From assembly GCA_044226515.1 (NCBI GenBank), contig JBGAGX010000003.1, forward strand, positions 136,721-200,720: DNA of 64,000 bases. The letters run 5' to 3'. The DNA is from Flavobacteriales bacterium. Lineage in GTDB: Bacteria > Bacteroidota > Bacteroidia > Flavobacteriales_F > PHOS-HE28. The translations under genes were made by a program, and so were the position numbers. The notes beneath the pieces were generated by a model. It did no database searches. It was not told the DNA's origin and saw only the letters and a list, made by a program, of their open reading frames with translations. Positions 36,333 through 46,082 of this stretch are shown here, one piece after another (the stretch's first letter is position 1; every line of letters begins with the position of its first letter).

Positions 36333-37829
36333 TTGCGCCCCCTTACCCTCCTACTCTCCGTCGCGGTGCTGGCCGCCCTGTTCGCCTCGGGGTGCCGCAA
36401 GGACCTGGAGTTCACCGGCGATGCGGTGAGCCTCGACTTCAGCCGCGACACCGTGATGTTCGACACGGTCTTCACCACGGTGGGCACCACCACCAAGTAC
36501 CTGGTGGTGCGGAACCCGGCGAAGAACGCCGTGAAGGTCGACATCGCCCTGGAGGGCGGCTCCCCCTCCCCCTTCCGCATCAACGTGGACGGGGCCAGCG
36601 GGCTGAGCTTCGACGATGTGGAGATCCTGGGCGAGGACAGCATCTTCATCTTCGTGGAGGCCACCCTGGGGCCGGGCGGGGTGAACACCCCCTTCATCAT
36701 CGAGGACCACATCCTCTTCAACACCAACGGCAGCCAGCAGCAGGTGCTGCTCACCGCCTGGGGACAGGACGCCCACTTCTACCGGCCGGACCATTTCATC
36801 CAGGGGCTTCCCGCCTACAGCATCATCGCCGGTGAGGACGACAACGGCAACACCATCTGCGAGACCGTCACCTGGCCCAACGACAAGCCCTACGTGATCT
36901 ATGGGTATGCGGTGGTGGATTCGTGCAGCACCCTGCTCATCGACCCCGGGGTACGGGTGTATGTGCACGGTGGCGGCGGCCTTTGGGTCTACCGGTTCGG
37001 GCGTATCCAGGCCCTGGGCACGCCCGATGACCGGATCACCTTCCAAGGCGACCGGCTGGAGCCCGCGTACCAGGACGTGCCCGGGCAGTGGGAACGCATC
37101 TGGATCAACGACGGCGCCAACGGCGAGGACAACGTGTTCCGGAACGTCGACATCCGCAATGCGCTGGTGGGCATCCAATGCGAGAACTTCCCCGGCTACC
37201 CGAACGCCGCCACCAGCGAGGCGAAGCTCATCCTGGACAAGGTGAGCATCCGCGACTGTTCCGCCGCGGGGATCCTGAGCCGCAACTACCGCGTCACCTG
37301 CACCAACAGCCTCATCGCCGACTGCGGCCAGTACAACGTGGCCCTGACCGGTGGCGGGCAGTACGACTTCAACTTCACCACCATCGCCAACTACTGGAGC
37401 GTGGGCGGCAGCGTGCGCAACACGCCGGCCTTCATCATGACCAACACCTACGAGGACCTGGTGAACAATGTGCTGCAGGTGCGCGAGATCTTCACCAGCA
37501 CCTTCCGCAACACCATCATCGAGGGCTACAACACCAATGAGTTCGAGATCGATCTCGATGCCGGCAACGCGGCCGATTACACCTTCAACTACTGCATGGT
37601 GCGCACCGACCAGAGCACCAGCGACCTTGCGCACTTCCCCGACCCCATGCACTTGTGGCGGAACCAATCGCCCGGATTCGTCAACACCTCCGACGGGGAT
37701 TACCACCTGGGCAGCCTCAACGCCTTCGCGGTGGACAAGGGCCTGGCGGGCACGGGCGTGTTCGAGGACCTGGACAACATGCCGCGGGACCCCTCGCCCG
37801 ACCTGGGCTGCTACGAGTTCGTGCCGTAG
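36333..37829 (+). CDS. Lipoprotein with Ig-like N-terminus and probable beta-helix region
   Basis: Lipobox ASGC; FSRDTVMFDTVFT; Asn-rich repeats; TTG start inferred. Confidence 0.65.
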   Translation: MRPLTLLLSVAVLAALFASGCRKDLEFTGDAVSLDFSRDTVMFDTVFTTVGTTTKYLVVRNPAKNAVKVDIALEGGSPSPFRINVDGASGLSFDDVEILGEDSIFIFVEATLGPGGVNTPFIIEDHILFNTNGSQQQVLLTAWGQDAHFYRPDHFIQGLPAYSIIAGEDDNGNTICETVTWPNDKPYVIYGYAVVDSCSTLLIDPGVRVYVHGGGGLWVYRFGRIQALGTPDDRITFQGDRLEPAYQDVPGQWERIWINDGANGEDNVFRNVDIRNALVGIQCENFPGYPNAATSEAKLILDKVSIRDCSAAGILSRNYRVTCTNSLIADCGQYNVALTGGGQYDFNFTTIANYWSVGGSVRNTPAFIMTNTYEDLVNNVLQVREIFTSTFRNTIIEGYNTNEFEIDLDAGNAADYTFNYCMVRTDQSTSDLAHFPDPMHLWRNQSPGFVNTSDGDYHLGSLNAFAVDKGLAGTGVFEDLDNMPRDPSPDLGCYEFVP

Positions 37830-37832
37830 GCG

Positions 37833-38924
37833 TCAGCGCAGGTCGAGCAGGAAGCGCAGGGTGTCCACTCCGTCCGCGTACTCACCCGGACCGGGGCGCT
37901 GGGCCTGGCCGAAGGGCAGGTGCCCGTGGCCCACGATGCATTGGACGTGATCGGCCTGTCCGGCCAGTGCGGATTCCACCGCAGCCCGGTCATCGTACCG
38001 CTCGTAGTACACCGCCGAAACCGGGCTGGCCAGGGCCGTGTCCTCCTTCAGCAGGGCGAACCCGTTCTCCAGGAAGGGTGCGCGGTCCAGCATCCAGAGG
38101 GCCCGGTGGTACTCGTAGTTGTTCGCGTACTTCTTGTGGTGCACGATGTCCTTCCACGGGAAGATCGCCCCGAAAAGGCGATCGAGGTCGAAGTCGCGCG
38201 GCACGTACAGCTTGCTCACGTTGCGGCAGCCCAGGCCGAAGTAGCGGAAGATGTCCTCGCCAAGGGCGGCCAGCTCCTCCGCTGTCTCCATGCCGTCCAG
38301 TACGGCCACGCTCACCCGACCCTTGCGGACGATGCGCGGCAGGTGGCCGAAGTAGTGCTCGAAGTAGCGCGCGGTGTTGGTGGAGCCGGTGGCGATGAGG
38401 GCGTCGATGCCGGTGAGCTTGTCGGTGGAGACCACGGCCTGCTGGGCGATGCCGGGTGCGAAATGCTCCAGGATGCCGATGGCCGCCGGGATGAGCTCCG
38501 GGTCATCGCTGCTGCACTTGATCCGCGCCCGGTGCCCGCTGAGCACCACGCAGAGCACATCGTGGAAGCCGACCAGGGGGATGTTGCCCGCGAGGATCAG
38601 GCCCACGGTGCGCGGCGTGCGCGGTGCATCGAGGTCGGCATAGGCGGTGAGCCAGTCGTGCAGCGCCTTCTCCTCCAGCAGGTGTGCGAGCCCCCCGAGG
38701 GCATGCCGCACGTTCTCCTCCGTGGCCCAGCCGTTGCGCAGGTGGGCCCGCCGTACCAGGTCGTCGAAGGCGGTGTACTCCGCCTCGGCAAGCCCGCACC
38801 CATGGCCCGGCCAGGGCGCCCCGCCGGCGAACAGGCGGAACAGCCCGCCCAGTTGCACGAAGGCGGCCACGCGCTGCGCCAGGGGCGGCACGGCACGAAC
38901 ATCACGGGCATCAGCTGTGTTCAC
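37833..38924 (-). CDS. Acyl-CoA reductase (LuxC-like)
   Basis: ILAGNIPLVGFHD, ATGSTNT, YFGLGCRNVSK (catalytic Cys), NNYEY. Confidence 0.85.
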   Translation of the reverse strand: MNTADARDVRAVPPLAQRVAAFVQLGGLFRLFAGGAPWPGHGCGLAEAEYTAFDDLVRRAHLRNGWATEENVRHALGGLAHLLEEKALHDWLTAYADLDAPRTPRTVGLILAGNIPLVGFHDVLCVVLSGHRARIKCSSDDPELIPAAIGILEHFAPGIAQQAVVSTDKLTGIDALIATGSTNTARYFEHYFGHLPRIVRKGRVSVAVLDGMETAEELAALGEDIFRYFGLGCRNVSKLYVPRDFDLDRLFGAIFPWKDIVHHKKYANNYEYHRALWMLDRAPFLENGFALLKEDTALASPVSAVYYERYDDRAAVESALAGQADHVQCIVGHGHLPFGQAQRPGPGEYADGVDTLRFLLDLR

Positions 38925-38961
38925 GGTCTATATTCGCGGCGCGAAAATAGCCCCTGCTGCC

Positions 38962-39309
38962 ATGGCCATCATGATCACCGACGAGTGCATCAACTGCGGT
39001 GCCTGCGAGCCCGAGTGCCCCAACAACGCCATCTACGAAGGTGGTGCGGAGTGGCGGCTGAGCGACGGCACCGCCCTGCACGGGCAGCAGACCACCCCGA
39101 TGGGCACGGTGCTCGACGCCGATTCCGCCCAGCAGCCCAAGGCCATGGACGTGTACTACATCGTCACCGACAAGTGCACCGAATGCACCGGCTTCCACGA
39201 CGAGCCCCAATGCGCGGCCGTATGCCCGGTTGACTGCTGCGTGGACGACCCCGACCATCGCGAAAGCAAGGAGCAGCTCCTGGCGAAGAAGGAGTTCATG
39301 CACCTCTAG
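38962..39309 (+). CDS. 4Fe-4S dicluster ferredoxin (YfhL-like)
   Basis: CINCGACEPECP and CTECTGFHDEPQCAAVCPVDCC. Confidence 0.92.
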   Translation: MAIMITDECINCGACEPECPNNAIYEGGAEWRLSDGTALHGQQTTPMGTVLDADSAQQPKAMDVYYIVTDKCTECTGFHDEPQCAAVCPVDCCVDDPDHRESKEQLLAKKEFMHL

Positions 39310-39432
39310 TATGGAGTGACGAGTCGCGAGTGGCGGGTGAAATGACCTGCTGTCATCCACGCGCCACTCGACACTCAAGACCCGCCACTCCATCACGTAC
39401 TTTCGGCACGATAGCTGTCGTTGGCCAGTCGC

Positions 39433-40266
39433 ATGCGCACATCCGCGATCCTCGTCGGTCTCACCTTGTGCTCCCTCTGCGCGGCGCAGAACGCGCATGA
39501 GCGTGTGAACGCCCACCTCGCCGCGCTGATGAAGGCCTCTGCCGATCCTGTGCGGGACAGCCTCAGCCTGGTGCTGAAGCGTGAGCTGCGCACGATCCTG
39601 GAGGCGGACGATGCCTTCACGGCCGACCTGAGCGACCTGCGCATCAGCCGGGTGGACGCGCCCGATGGTCACTTCCGCCTGATCACCTGGAACATCCCGT
39701 ACACCGACGGGCACCATGGCTATGAAGGCCTGCTGCTGGTGCGCGACAAGCGTCGACGGGTGCTCTATGAACTGCGGGACATGACCCCGCGCATCGGTTC
39801 CCCGACAACCGTGGAGCTCTCGCCGGAGAACTGGTACGGTGCGCTGTACTACGAGGTGGTCCCCACCACCAGCGGGGGCAAGCAGTACTACACGCTGCTC
39901 GGCTGGAAAGGCTACAGCACCGTGGAGACCCGGAAGGTGATCGAGGTGCTCAGCTTCAAGGGTGGTGTGCCCCGCTTCGGCGCGCCGCTGTTCGGTGAAG
40001 GCCGATCGAAGCGCCAGCGCGAGGTGTTCGGGTATTCGTTCCAGGCCTCCATGAGCTTGAAGTGGGACGCCCGTGGCAGCCGCATCGTGCTCGATCACCT
40101 AAGCCCTTCCCGCGACGACCTGGCCGGGCAGGCCGCCTTCCTCGGTCCTGACCTGAGCTACGACGCCTATGTGTGGGACAAGGGGCATTGGGTCTTCCAG
40201 CGCGACGTGGACGCCCGCGACCTGGACCTCAGCAAGCCCTGGAACGCGCCGCCGAAGGGCCGTTGA
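39433..40266 (+). CDS. Conserved exported hypothetical protein
   Basis: Signal peptide; WYGALYY, YYTLLGW and IVLDHL blocks of a Bacteroidota family. Confidence 0.65.
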   Translation: MRTSAILVGLTLCSLCAAQNAHERVNAHLAALMKASADPVRDSLSLVLKRELRTILEADDAFTADLSDLRISRVDAPDGHFRLITWNIPYTDGHHGYEGLLLVRDKRRRVLYELRDMTPRIGSPTTVELSPENWYGALYYEVVPTTSGGKQYYTLLGWKGYSTVETRKVIEVLSFKGGVPRFGAPLFGEGRSKRQREVFGYSFQASMSLKWDARGSRIVLDHLSPSRDDLAGQAAFLGPDLSYDAYVWDKGHWVFQRDVDARDLDLSKPWNAPPKGR

Positions 40267-40300
40267 CGAACGGGGAGCCTGGAGCCGCTACCTTGTGCGC

Positions 40301-40819
40301 ATGGCGAACGGTGTGGCCCCCTGGTCCCAACGCGAACTGGCTTTCGGTCGCCCGACCGAGGAGATGCCCGTGCTGCTGGAACGCCTCCTGGGCACCTCGA
40401 ACCGGTTGACGGGCCTGCTGCGCGGCGTGCCGCCCGAGCGCATCCAGCTGCGGGTGAGCGGCAAGTGGAGCGTGCTTGAGCACCTGGGCCACCTGCTGGT
40501 GATGCAGGAGCGCATGCGTGTGCGGGTCGAGGACTGGCGGTGCCTCAGTGAGCGCCTCACCCCCATCGACCTGTCGGACCAGGGCCCGTACGTGGAGTCG
40601 ACCCGGTATCGGGCGCTCGGCGACGTGCTCGAGGAGTTCCGCCTGAACCGCAACGACCTGGTGCGCCACATCGCCGCGCTTCCCGCCGCTGCGCTGCGCC
40701 ACTACGCCCTGCATCCCTGCCTGGAGCGCCGCATGCGCCCGATGGACATGTGCCTCTTCCTGGCCGAGCACGACGACCACCACCTGGCCACCATCCGCGG
40801 GCTGGTGCAGGCCGATTGA
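40301..40819 (+). CDS. DinB family protein
   Basis: KWSVLEHLGHL and FLAEHDDHHL His triad. Confidence 0.85.
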   Translation: MANGVAPWSQRELAFGRPTEEMPVLLERLLGTSNRLTGLLRGVPPERIQLRVSGKWSVLEHLGHLLVMQERMRVRVEDWRCLSERLTPIDLSDQGPYVESTRYRALGDVLEEFRLNRNDLVRHIAALPAAALRHYALHPCLERRMRPMDMCLFLAEHDDHHLATIRGLVQAD

Positions 40820-40920
40820 GCGCTGGTGGTTTCCACCGCGCTCCCTTCATATCCCGCGGAAGTCCTCCCCATGCCGTGGGCCTGCCTTCTACCTTTGCGG
40901 CCACTTCAACGCACCCAGCC

Positions 40921-42012
40921 ATGACCACGGCCACCCTGAACAAGGTCCACAACTACAGCGCCGGCCCCTGCATCCTGCCCCGCGAGGTCTTCGAACAGGC
41001 CGCCCAGGCGGTGCTCGACTTCGAGGGCAGCGGCCTCAGCATCCTGGAGATCAGCCACCGCAGCAAGCCCTTCGAGGCCGTGATGGCCAAGGCGCAGGCC
41101 TTGGTGAAGGAGCTGCTCGGTGCGCCCGACCACTACCAGGTGGTGTTCCTGGGCGGCGGGGCCAGCCTCGGCTTCCACATGGTGCCGATGAACTACATGA
41201 AGGTGGGCGGCAGGAGCGCCTACGTGAACACCGGCGAATGGGCCACGCGCGCCATCAAGGAGAGCAAGCTGATCGGCGACACCGTGGTGGTGGCCAGCAG
41301 CGAGGACCGGAACTTCAGCTACATCCCCAAGGGCTTCGAGGTCCCGGTCGATGCCGACTACTTCCACTTCACCAGCAACAACACCATCTTCGGCACGCAG
41401 TACAAGCAGATGCCCCGGAGCGCGGCGCCGCTGATCTGCGACATGAGCAGCGACATCTTCAGCCGGCCGGTGAACGTGGCCGACTTCGCGCTCATCTACG
41501 GTGGCGCGCAGAAGAACATGGGCCCCGCGGGCGCCACGGTGTACCTGTTCGACCCCGAGCGCCTCGGCCACACGGGACGCAAGCTCAGCCCCATGCTCGA
41601 CCTGAAGAACCACGGCGCCAAGGAGAGCATGTACAACACCCCGCCGGTGTACGCCGTGTACGTGAGCATGCTCACCCTGGAGTGGATGAAGCGCATGGGC
41701 GGCGTGGCCGCGATGGAGCAGCGCAACGCCGCGAAGGCGAAGCTGCTCTACGACGCCATCGACCGGTTGAGCCCGGTGTTCAAGGGCACCACCGCGGTGG
41801 AGGACCGCAGCGTGATGAACGCCACCTTCGTGCTCGGGGACCCCGCGCAGGAGCCCGCGTTCGACGCCCTGTGGAAGGAAGCCGGCATCAGCGGCATCCG
41901 CGGCCACCGCAGCGTGGGCGGCTACCGCGCCAGCATGTACAACGCGCTCCCGATCGAGAGCGTCCAGGCCCTGGTGGACGTGATGGAGCATTTCGCGAAG
42001 AAGAACGGCTGA
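40921..42012 (+). CDS. serC: Phosphoserine aminotransferase
   Basis: NYSAGP, LEISHRS, GGGASLGF, CDMSSD, YGGAQKNMGPAG, GHRSVGGYRASMYNA. Confidence 0.95.
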   Translation: MTTATLNKVHNYSAGPCILPREVFEQAAQAVLDFEGSGLSILEISHRSKPFEAVMAKAQALVKELLGAPDHYQVVFLGGGASLGFHMVPMNYMKVGGRSAYVNTGEWATRAIKESKLIGDTVVVASSEDRNFSYIPKGFEVPVDADYFHFTSNNTIFGTQYKQMPRSAAPLICDMSSDIFSRPVNVADFALIYGGAQKNMGPAGATVYLFDPERLGHTGRKLSPMLDLKNHGAKESMYNTPPVYAVYVSMLTLEWMKRMGGVAAMEQRNAAKAKLLYDAIDRLSPVFKGTTAVEDRSVMNATFVLGDPAQEPAFDALWKEAGISGIRGHRSVGGYRASMYNALPIESVQALVDVMEHFAKKNG

Positions 42013-42036
42013 CACCTGAACAACGGACCAAGGACC

Positions 42037-43008
42037 ATGCGGATCCACGCGAACGATGGCATCGACGCCGCAGCGAAGGCGCGGCTCACGGAGGAGGGAT
42101 TCACCGTCACCACCGACCATGTACCCCAGGACCGGCTGCATGACTTCCTGAACGCGGAGAAGGTGGATGTGCTGCTCGTGCGCAGCGCCACCAAGGTGCG
42201 CAAGGACCTGCTCGACGCCTGCCCCGGGCTGAAGCTCATCGGGCGTGGCGGTGTGGGACTGGACAACATCGATGTGGCCCATGCCCAGGCCAGGGGCATC
42301 CCCGTGGTCAACACACCGGCCTCCTCCTCCATCTCGGTGGCGGAGCTGGTGATGAGCCACCTGTTCGGTCTCCTGCGCAACCTGCACGAGAGCAACCGCC
42401 ACATGCCGATCGACGGCCGAACGAAGTTCAAGGAGCTGAAGAAGGCCTACGAGAAAGGCAGCGAGGTGCGCGGCAAGACCCTCGGCATCATCGGCTTCGG
42501 CCGCATCGGCCAGTGGACGGCCCGCTATGCGCTGGGCTGCGGCATGCGCGTGATCTACGTGGACAACCGCGCCACGGCCGAGGCCATCGAGCTGGAGATC
42601 GGCGGGCAGACGGTGCGGGTGGGCGTGAAGATGGTGACCCTGGACGAGCTGCTCGAGCAGGCCGACGCGATCAGCCTGCATGTGCCGGCCCAGAAGGACG
42701 GCAGCCCGGTGCTCGGCGCGGGCGAACTGGCCCGGGTGAAGCCCGGTGTGGTGATCGTGAACACCGCGCGCGGCGGCAGCGTGGACGAGGACGCGCTCCT
42801 TGCCGCCTTGAAGGAGGGCCGCGTGAAGGGGGCCGCGCTCGACGTGTTCACCAACGAGCCCGAGCCGCGCGAGGACCTGCTGCGCGAGCCGAAGCTGAGC
42901 CTGAGCCCGCACATCGGCGCGGCCACCGCCGAGGCCCAGGGCCGGGTGGGCGCCGAGCTCGCCGACCTCATCATCAACTGGCGCGACAGCGTACAGGTGA
43001 GCTCCTGA
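42037..43008 (+). CDS. serA: D-3-phosphoglycerate / D-2-hydroxyacid dehydrogenase
   Basis: RGGVGLDNID, GIIGFGRIG, NTARGG, DVFTNEP, PHIGAAT; context after serC. Confidence 0.8.
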   Translation: MRIHANDGIDAAAKARLTEEGFTVTTDHVPQDRLHDFLNAEKVDVLLVRSATKVRKDLLDACPGLKLIGRGGVGLDNIDVAHAQARGIPVVNTPASSSISVAELVMSHLFGLLRNLHESNRHMPIDGRTKFKELKKAYEKGSEVRGKTLGIIGFGRIGQWTARYALGCGMRVIYVDNRATAEAIELEIGGQTVRVGVKMVTLDELLEQADAISLHVPAQKDGSPVLGAGELARVKPGVVIVNTARGGSVDEDALLAALKEGRVKGAALDVFTNEPEPREDLLREPKLSLSPHIGAATAEAQGRVGAELADLIINWRDSVQVSS

Positions 43009-43012
43009 GGCC

Positions 43013-44230
43013 ATGATCCTGCTGCGTCCGTTCCGCGCCTGGCGACCGCCCCCCGGCAAGGCCCATCGCGTGGGCAGCCGCAGCTATGTCTCCTACACCC
43101 ACGAGCAGCTGCGCGGCAAGCTCGACGGCAACCCATACACCTTCCTGCATGTGATCCACCCCGACGGGTGGGGTGATGCGCACCTGCCGCGCCACGAGCG
43201 CCATACGCGGGTGCGGGTGAAGTTCCGCGCCTTCTGCGACCTCGGCTACCTGGAGCGCGACCAGCAGCCGCACCTCTACGTGTACGAGCAGACCAACCGC
43301 GGCGTGGCCTCCCTCGGCATCATCGCCGGGGTGAGCGTGGCCGACTACCGCGCGGGCCTCATCAAGAAGCACGAGCAGACGCTCACCAACCGCGAGAACC
43401 TGTTCAAGGAGTACCTGCGTGCCACCGGCATGAACGCCGAACCCGTGCTGCTGGCCGCACCGGACGATGGGCGGATGGAGCTGCTGCTGCGGCCGGTGAC
43501 CGCCGAGGTGCCCGACAGCGAGTTCACCACCAGCGATGGCGTTCGGCACCGGTTCTGGGCCGTGCGCGACAGGGCCTGGACCGATTCGATGCAGGACCTC
43601 TTCTCCACCTATCCCGCGCTCTACATCGCCGACGGCCACCACCGCCTGGCCAGCAGCGCGCGCCTGGCCGAGGCCACCGGCGCCACGGACGTGGACCCGA
43701 AGGCCTGGTGCCTGGCCTACATCCTGCCGCACACGCACCTGCACATCTTCAACTTCGACCGGGCGGTGACCACGCTGAACGGACTGAGCCCGGAAGGCTT
43801 CATCGATGCGCTGCGCAAGGTGGGCCGCGTGGAGCGTGTCGAGGGGCCCGGCACCACGCACGGCGTGGTGTGCGTGCGCACCACCCTCGGCTGGCACGCC
43901 CTGCACCTGCCCGCCCCTCCCGCCTCGGCCACACCCGCGGAACAGCTCGATCCCGCCCGCCTGAGCGAGCTCGTGCTCGGCCCGATCCTGGGCATCCGCG
44001 ACCTGCGCACCGACCCGCACATCCGCTTCATCCCCGGTACGCACGGCATCACCGAACTGGAACAGCTCGTGGACAGCGGCGCCATGCAGGCCGCCTTCCA
44101 CCTGCAACCGGTGGACTTCGAGGAGCTGAAGGCCGTGGCCGACACCGGTGGCACCATGCCGCCCAAGAGCACCTACATCGAGCCGAAGATGCGCAGCGGC
44201 CTGGTGGTGTACTCCCTCGAGGAAGTGTGA
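43013..44230 (+). CDS. DUF1015 family protein
   Basis: IKKHEQT, LYIADGHHR.AS, MPPKSTYIEPKMRSGL. Confidence 0.88.
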   Translation: MILLRPFRAWRPPPGKAHRVGSRSYVSYTHEQLRGKLDGNPYTFLHVIHPDGWGDAHLPRHERHTRVRVKFRAFCDLGYLERDQQPHLYVYEQTNRGVASLGIIAGVSVADYRAGLIKKHEQTLTNRENLFKEYLRATGMNAEPVLLAAPDDGRMELLLRPVTAEVPDSEFTTSDGVRHRFWAVRDRAWTDSMQDLFSTYPALYIADGHHRLASSARLAEATGATDVDPKAWCLAYILPHTHLHIFNFDRAVTTLNGLSPEGFIDALRKVGRVERVEGPGTTHGVVCVRTTLGWHALHLPAPPASATPAEQLDPARLSELVLGPILGIRDLRTDPHIRFIPGTHGITELEQLVDSGAMQAAFHLQPVDFEELKAVADTGGTMPPKSTYIEPKMRSGLVVYSLEEV

Positions 44231-44241
44231 ACATCACCTCG

Positions 44242-44913
44242 ATGGCCGCGCGAACCCTTGCCGAACGCTACACGGCCGTCAAGGCCGGCCTGCCCGCCGC
44301 GGTCACCCTGGTGGCCGTGAGCAAGACGCGCAGCGTGGCCGAGATCCAAGCCCTGTACGACCTGGGGCAGCGCCACTTCGGCGAGAACTACCCCCAGGAG
44401 CTGCGCGAGAAGGCGCCCCTACTGCCGGCGGACATCCATTGGCACTTCATCGGGCATCTGCAGCGCAGCAACGTGAAGCACGTGGTGCCCGTGGTGCACC
44501 TGATCCACGGGGTGGAGGACCTTCGGCTGGTGGAGGAGGTGGAGAAACGGGCAGCGGCCATCGGAGGCACGGTCGACATCCTCTTGCAGGTCCACATCGC
44601 GCAGGAGGAGACCAAGCATGGCCTCTCGCCGGCGGAACTGCTTACCGCGGTGACCACCTGGCCCTGGAAGGACCTGCAGCATGTGCGCGTGCGGGGGCTC
44701 ATGGGCATGGCCACCAACACCGACGACCGGGACCAGGTGCGGGGCGAGTTCGCCGGGCTCAAGCGCCTGTTCGATGCGGTGCGCGCCATGAACGTCCTTC
44801 CCACCGGACAGTTCGATGTGCTGAGCATGGGCATGAGCGGCGACGCCGACCTGGCCATCGCCGGGGGCAGCACCCTGGTGCGCATCGGCACCGCCATTTT
44901 CGGCGAACGCTGA
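44242..44913 (+). CDS. yggS: PLP homeostasis protein YggS/PLPBP
   Basis: LVAVSKT, FGENYPQE, WHFIGHLQ, LSMGMSGD, VRIGTAIFG. Confidence 0.93.
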   Translation: MAARTLAERYTAVKAGLPAAVTLVAVSKTRSVAEIQALYDLGQRHFGENYPQELREKAPLLPADIHWHFIGHLQRSNVKHVVPVVHLIHGVEDLRLVEEVEKRAAAIGGTVDILLQVHIAQEETKHGLSPAELLTAVTTWPWKDLQHVRVRGLMGMATNTDDRDQVRGEFAGLKRLFDAVRAMNVLPTGQFDVLSMGMSGDADLAIAGGSTLVRIGTAIFGER

Positions 44914-44985
44914 CCGGCCCGGCGGGCAACCCTGTGGCGCGGTAGCGTCTTATCCCCGTAACTTGGTGGAGCCCTGTCCCTTCGG

Positions 44986-45993
44986 ATGTCCCTTCGCACC
45001 CTCCTGCTCACCCTGGCGGCCCTTCCGCTTCCCCTGCTCGCCCAGCGGAACCTGGAGATCGGCCTGGCCACGGGCGTGACCCAGTACTACGGCGACCTGG
45101 GCAACTGGGACAGCCCGATCCAGTGGAACAGCATCCGCCCCGGCGTATGCCTCACGGTGCGCGACTTCCTCAACAACCCGCGCGGGTACGTCACCCGTTC
45201 GCTCACCGTGGAGGGCCGATTCAGCTGGCACCGTCTCGGCTACAACGAGGTGGAGCCTACGGGCGGCATGAGCGGCACGGAGCTCAAGAACTTCAAGCGC
45301 GGGCTCAACTTCCGCACGGACCTCTACGGCCTCAGCGCGCATGTGGTGCTCAACGCCTACCGCGAGCCCTTCAAGCCGCTCTTCCAGCAACGCTTCTTCC
45401 TCTACTTCTACACCGGCATCGGCGTGTTCTACGGCCGTCCGAAGGGCGACCTTTTCCGCGGTGACCAGAGCCTTGACAACCGCTACTACTTCTGGGACGA
45501 CGGCACCATCCGCGATGCACCCCGCGAAGCAGGCTACGGCAATGTGATCGAACAGGACGGCAAGTACGAGACCGACCTGTACAGCTGGGTGGTGGAAGGC
45601 GTTCCGAACCGGGAAGGCACCGTGGTGGACCGGCCGAGCCCCTGGCATGTGGGCATCCCCTTCGGCATGGGCATCCGCTACATGGTGACCAAGAAGCTGA
45701 GCGTGGGCGCGGAGTTCGCCTATTACACCTTCGCCACCGACTACCTCGACAATGTGAGCCAGCGGTACGTGACCTACAACGAGCTCGGCGTGGTGTACTC
45801 GGGCGACAGCGCCTCGCAATACCTGGCACGCTACATCAGCGATCCCACGGGTTGGGGCACCGATGGCACCATCGGCACGGTGACCAGCCGCCGCGGCAAT
45901 CCCGGCATGCCCGACTACTTCAGCTATTTCTGCTTCGAGGTGAGCTATAAGTTCCGCCGCAAGCCGAACCGGCGGTTGTACATGAAGTTCTGA
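44986..45993 (+). CDS. Outer-membrane beta-barrel-like protein (DUF6089-like)
   Basis: Signal peptide; G...YYGDL, IPFGMGIRY, TDYLD.VS, RGNP..PDYFSY motifs. Confidence 0.6.
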   Translation: MSLRTLLLTLAALPLPLLAQRNLEIGLATGVTQYYGDLGNWDSPIQWNSIRPGVCLTVRDFLNNPRGYVTRSLTVEGRFSWHRLGYNEVEPTGGMSGTELKNFKRGLNFRTDLYGLSAHVVLNAYREPFKPLFQQRFFLYFYTGIGVFYGRPKGDLFRGDQSLDNRYYFWDDGTIRDAPREAGYGNVIEQDGKYETDLYSWVVEGVPNREGTVVDRPSPWHVGIPFGMGIRYMVTKKLSVGAEFAYYTFATDYLDNVSQRYVTYNELGVVYSGDSASQYLARYISDPTGWGTDGTIGTVTSRRGNPGMPDYFSYFCFEVSYKFRRKPNRRLYMKF

Positions 45994-46082
45994 CCGTCGG
46001 AGGAACGCAGAGGCGCCGAGCCGCGGAGGGCGCGGAGCGGGATGGTCGCGAAGGAGTGGGCGTTCGGCTACTTTTGCCGCTC

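Noticed and set aside
37833-38924. Bioluminescence locus
   Set aside because: LuxC-like reductase only; no luxA/B/D/E in the window.
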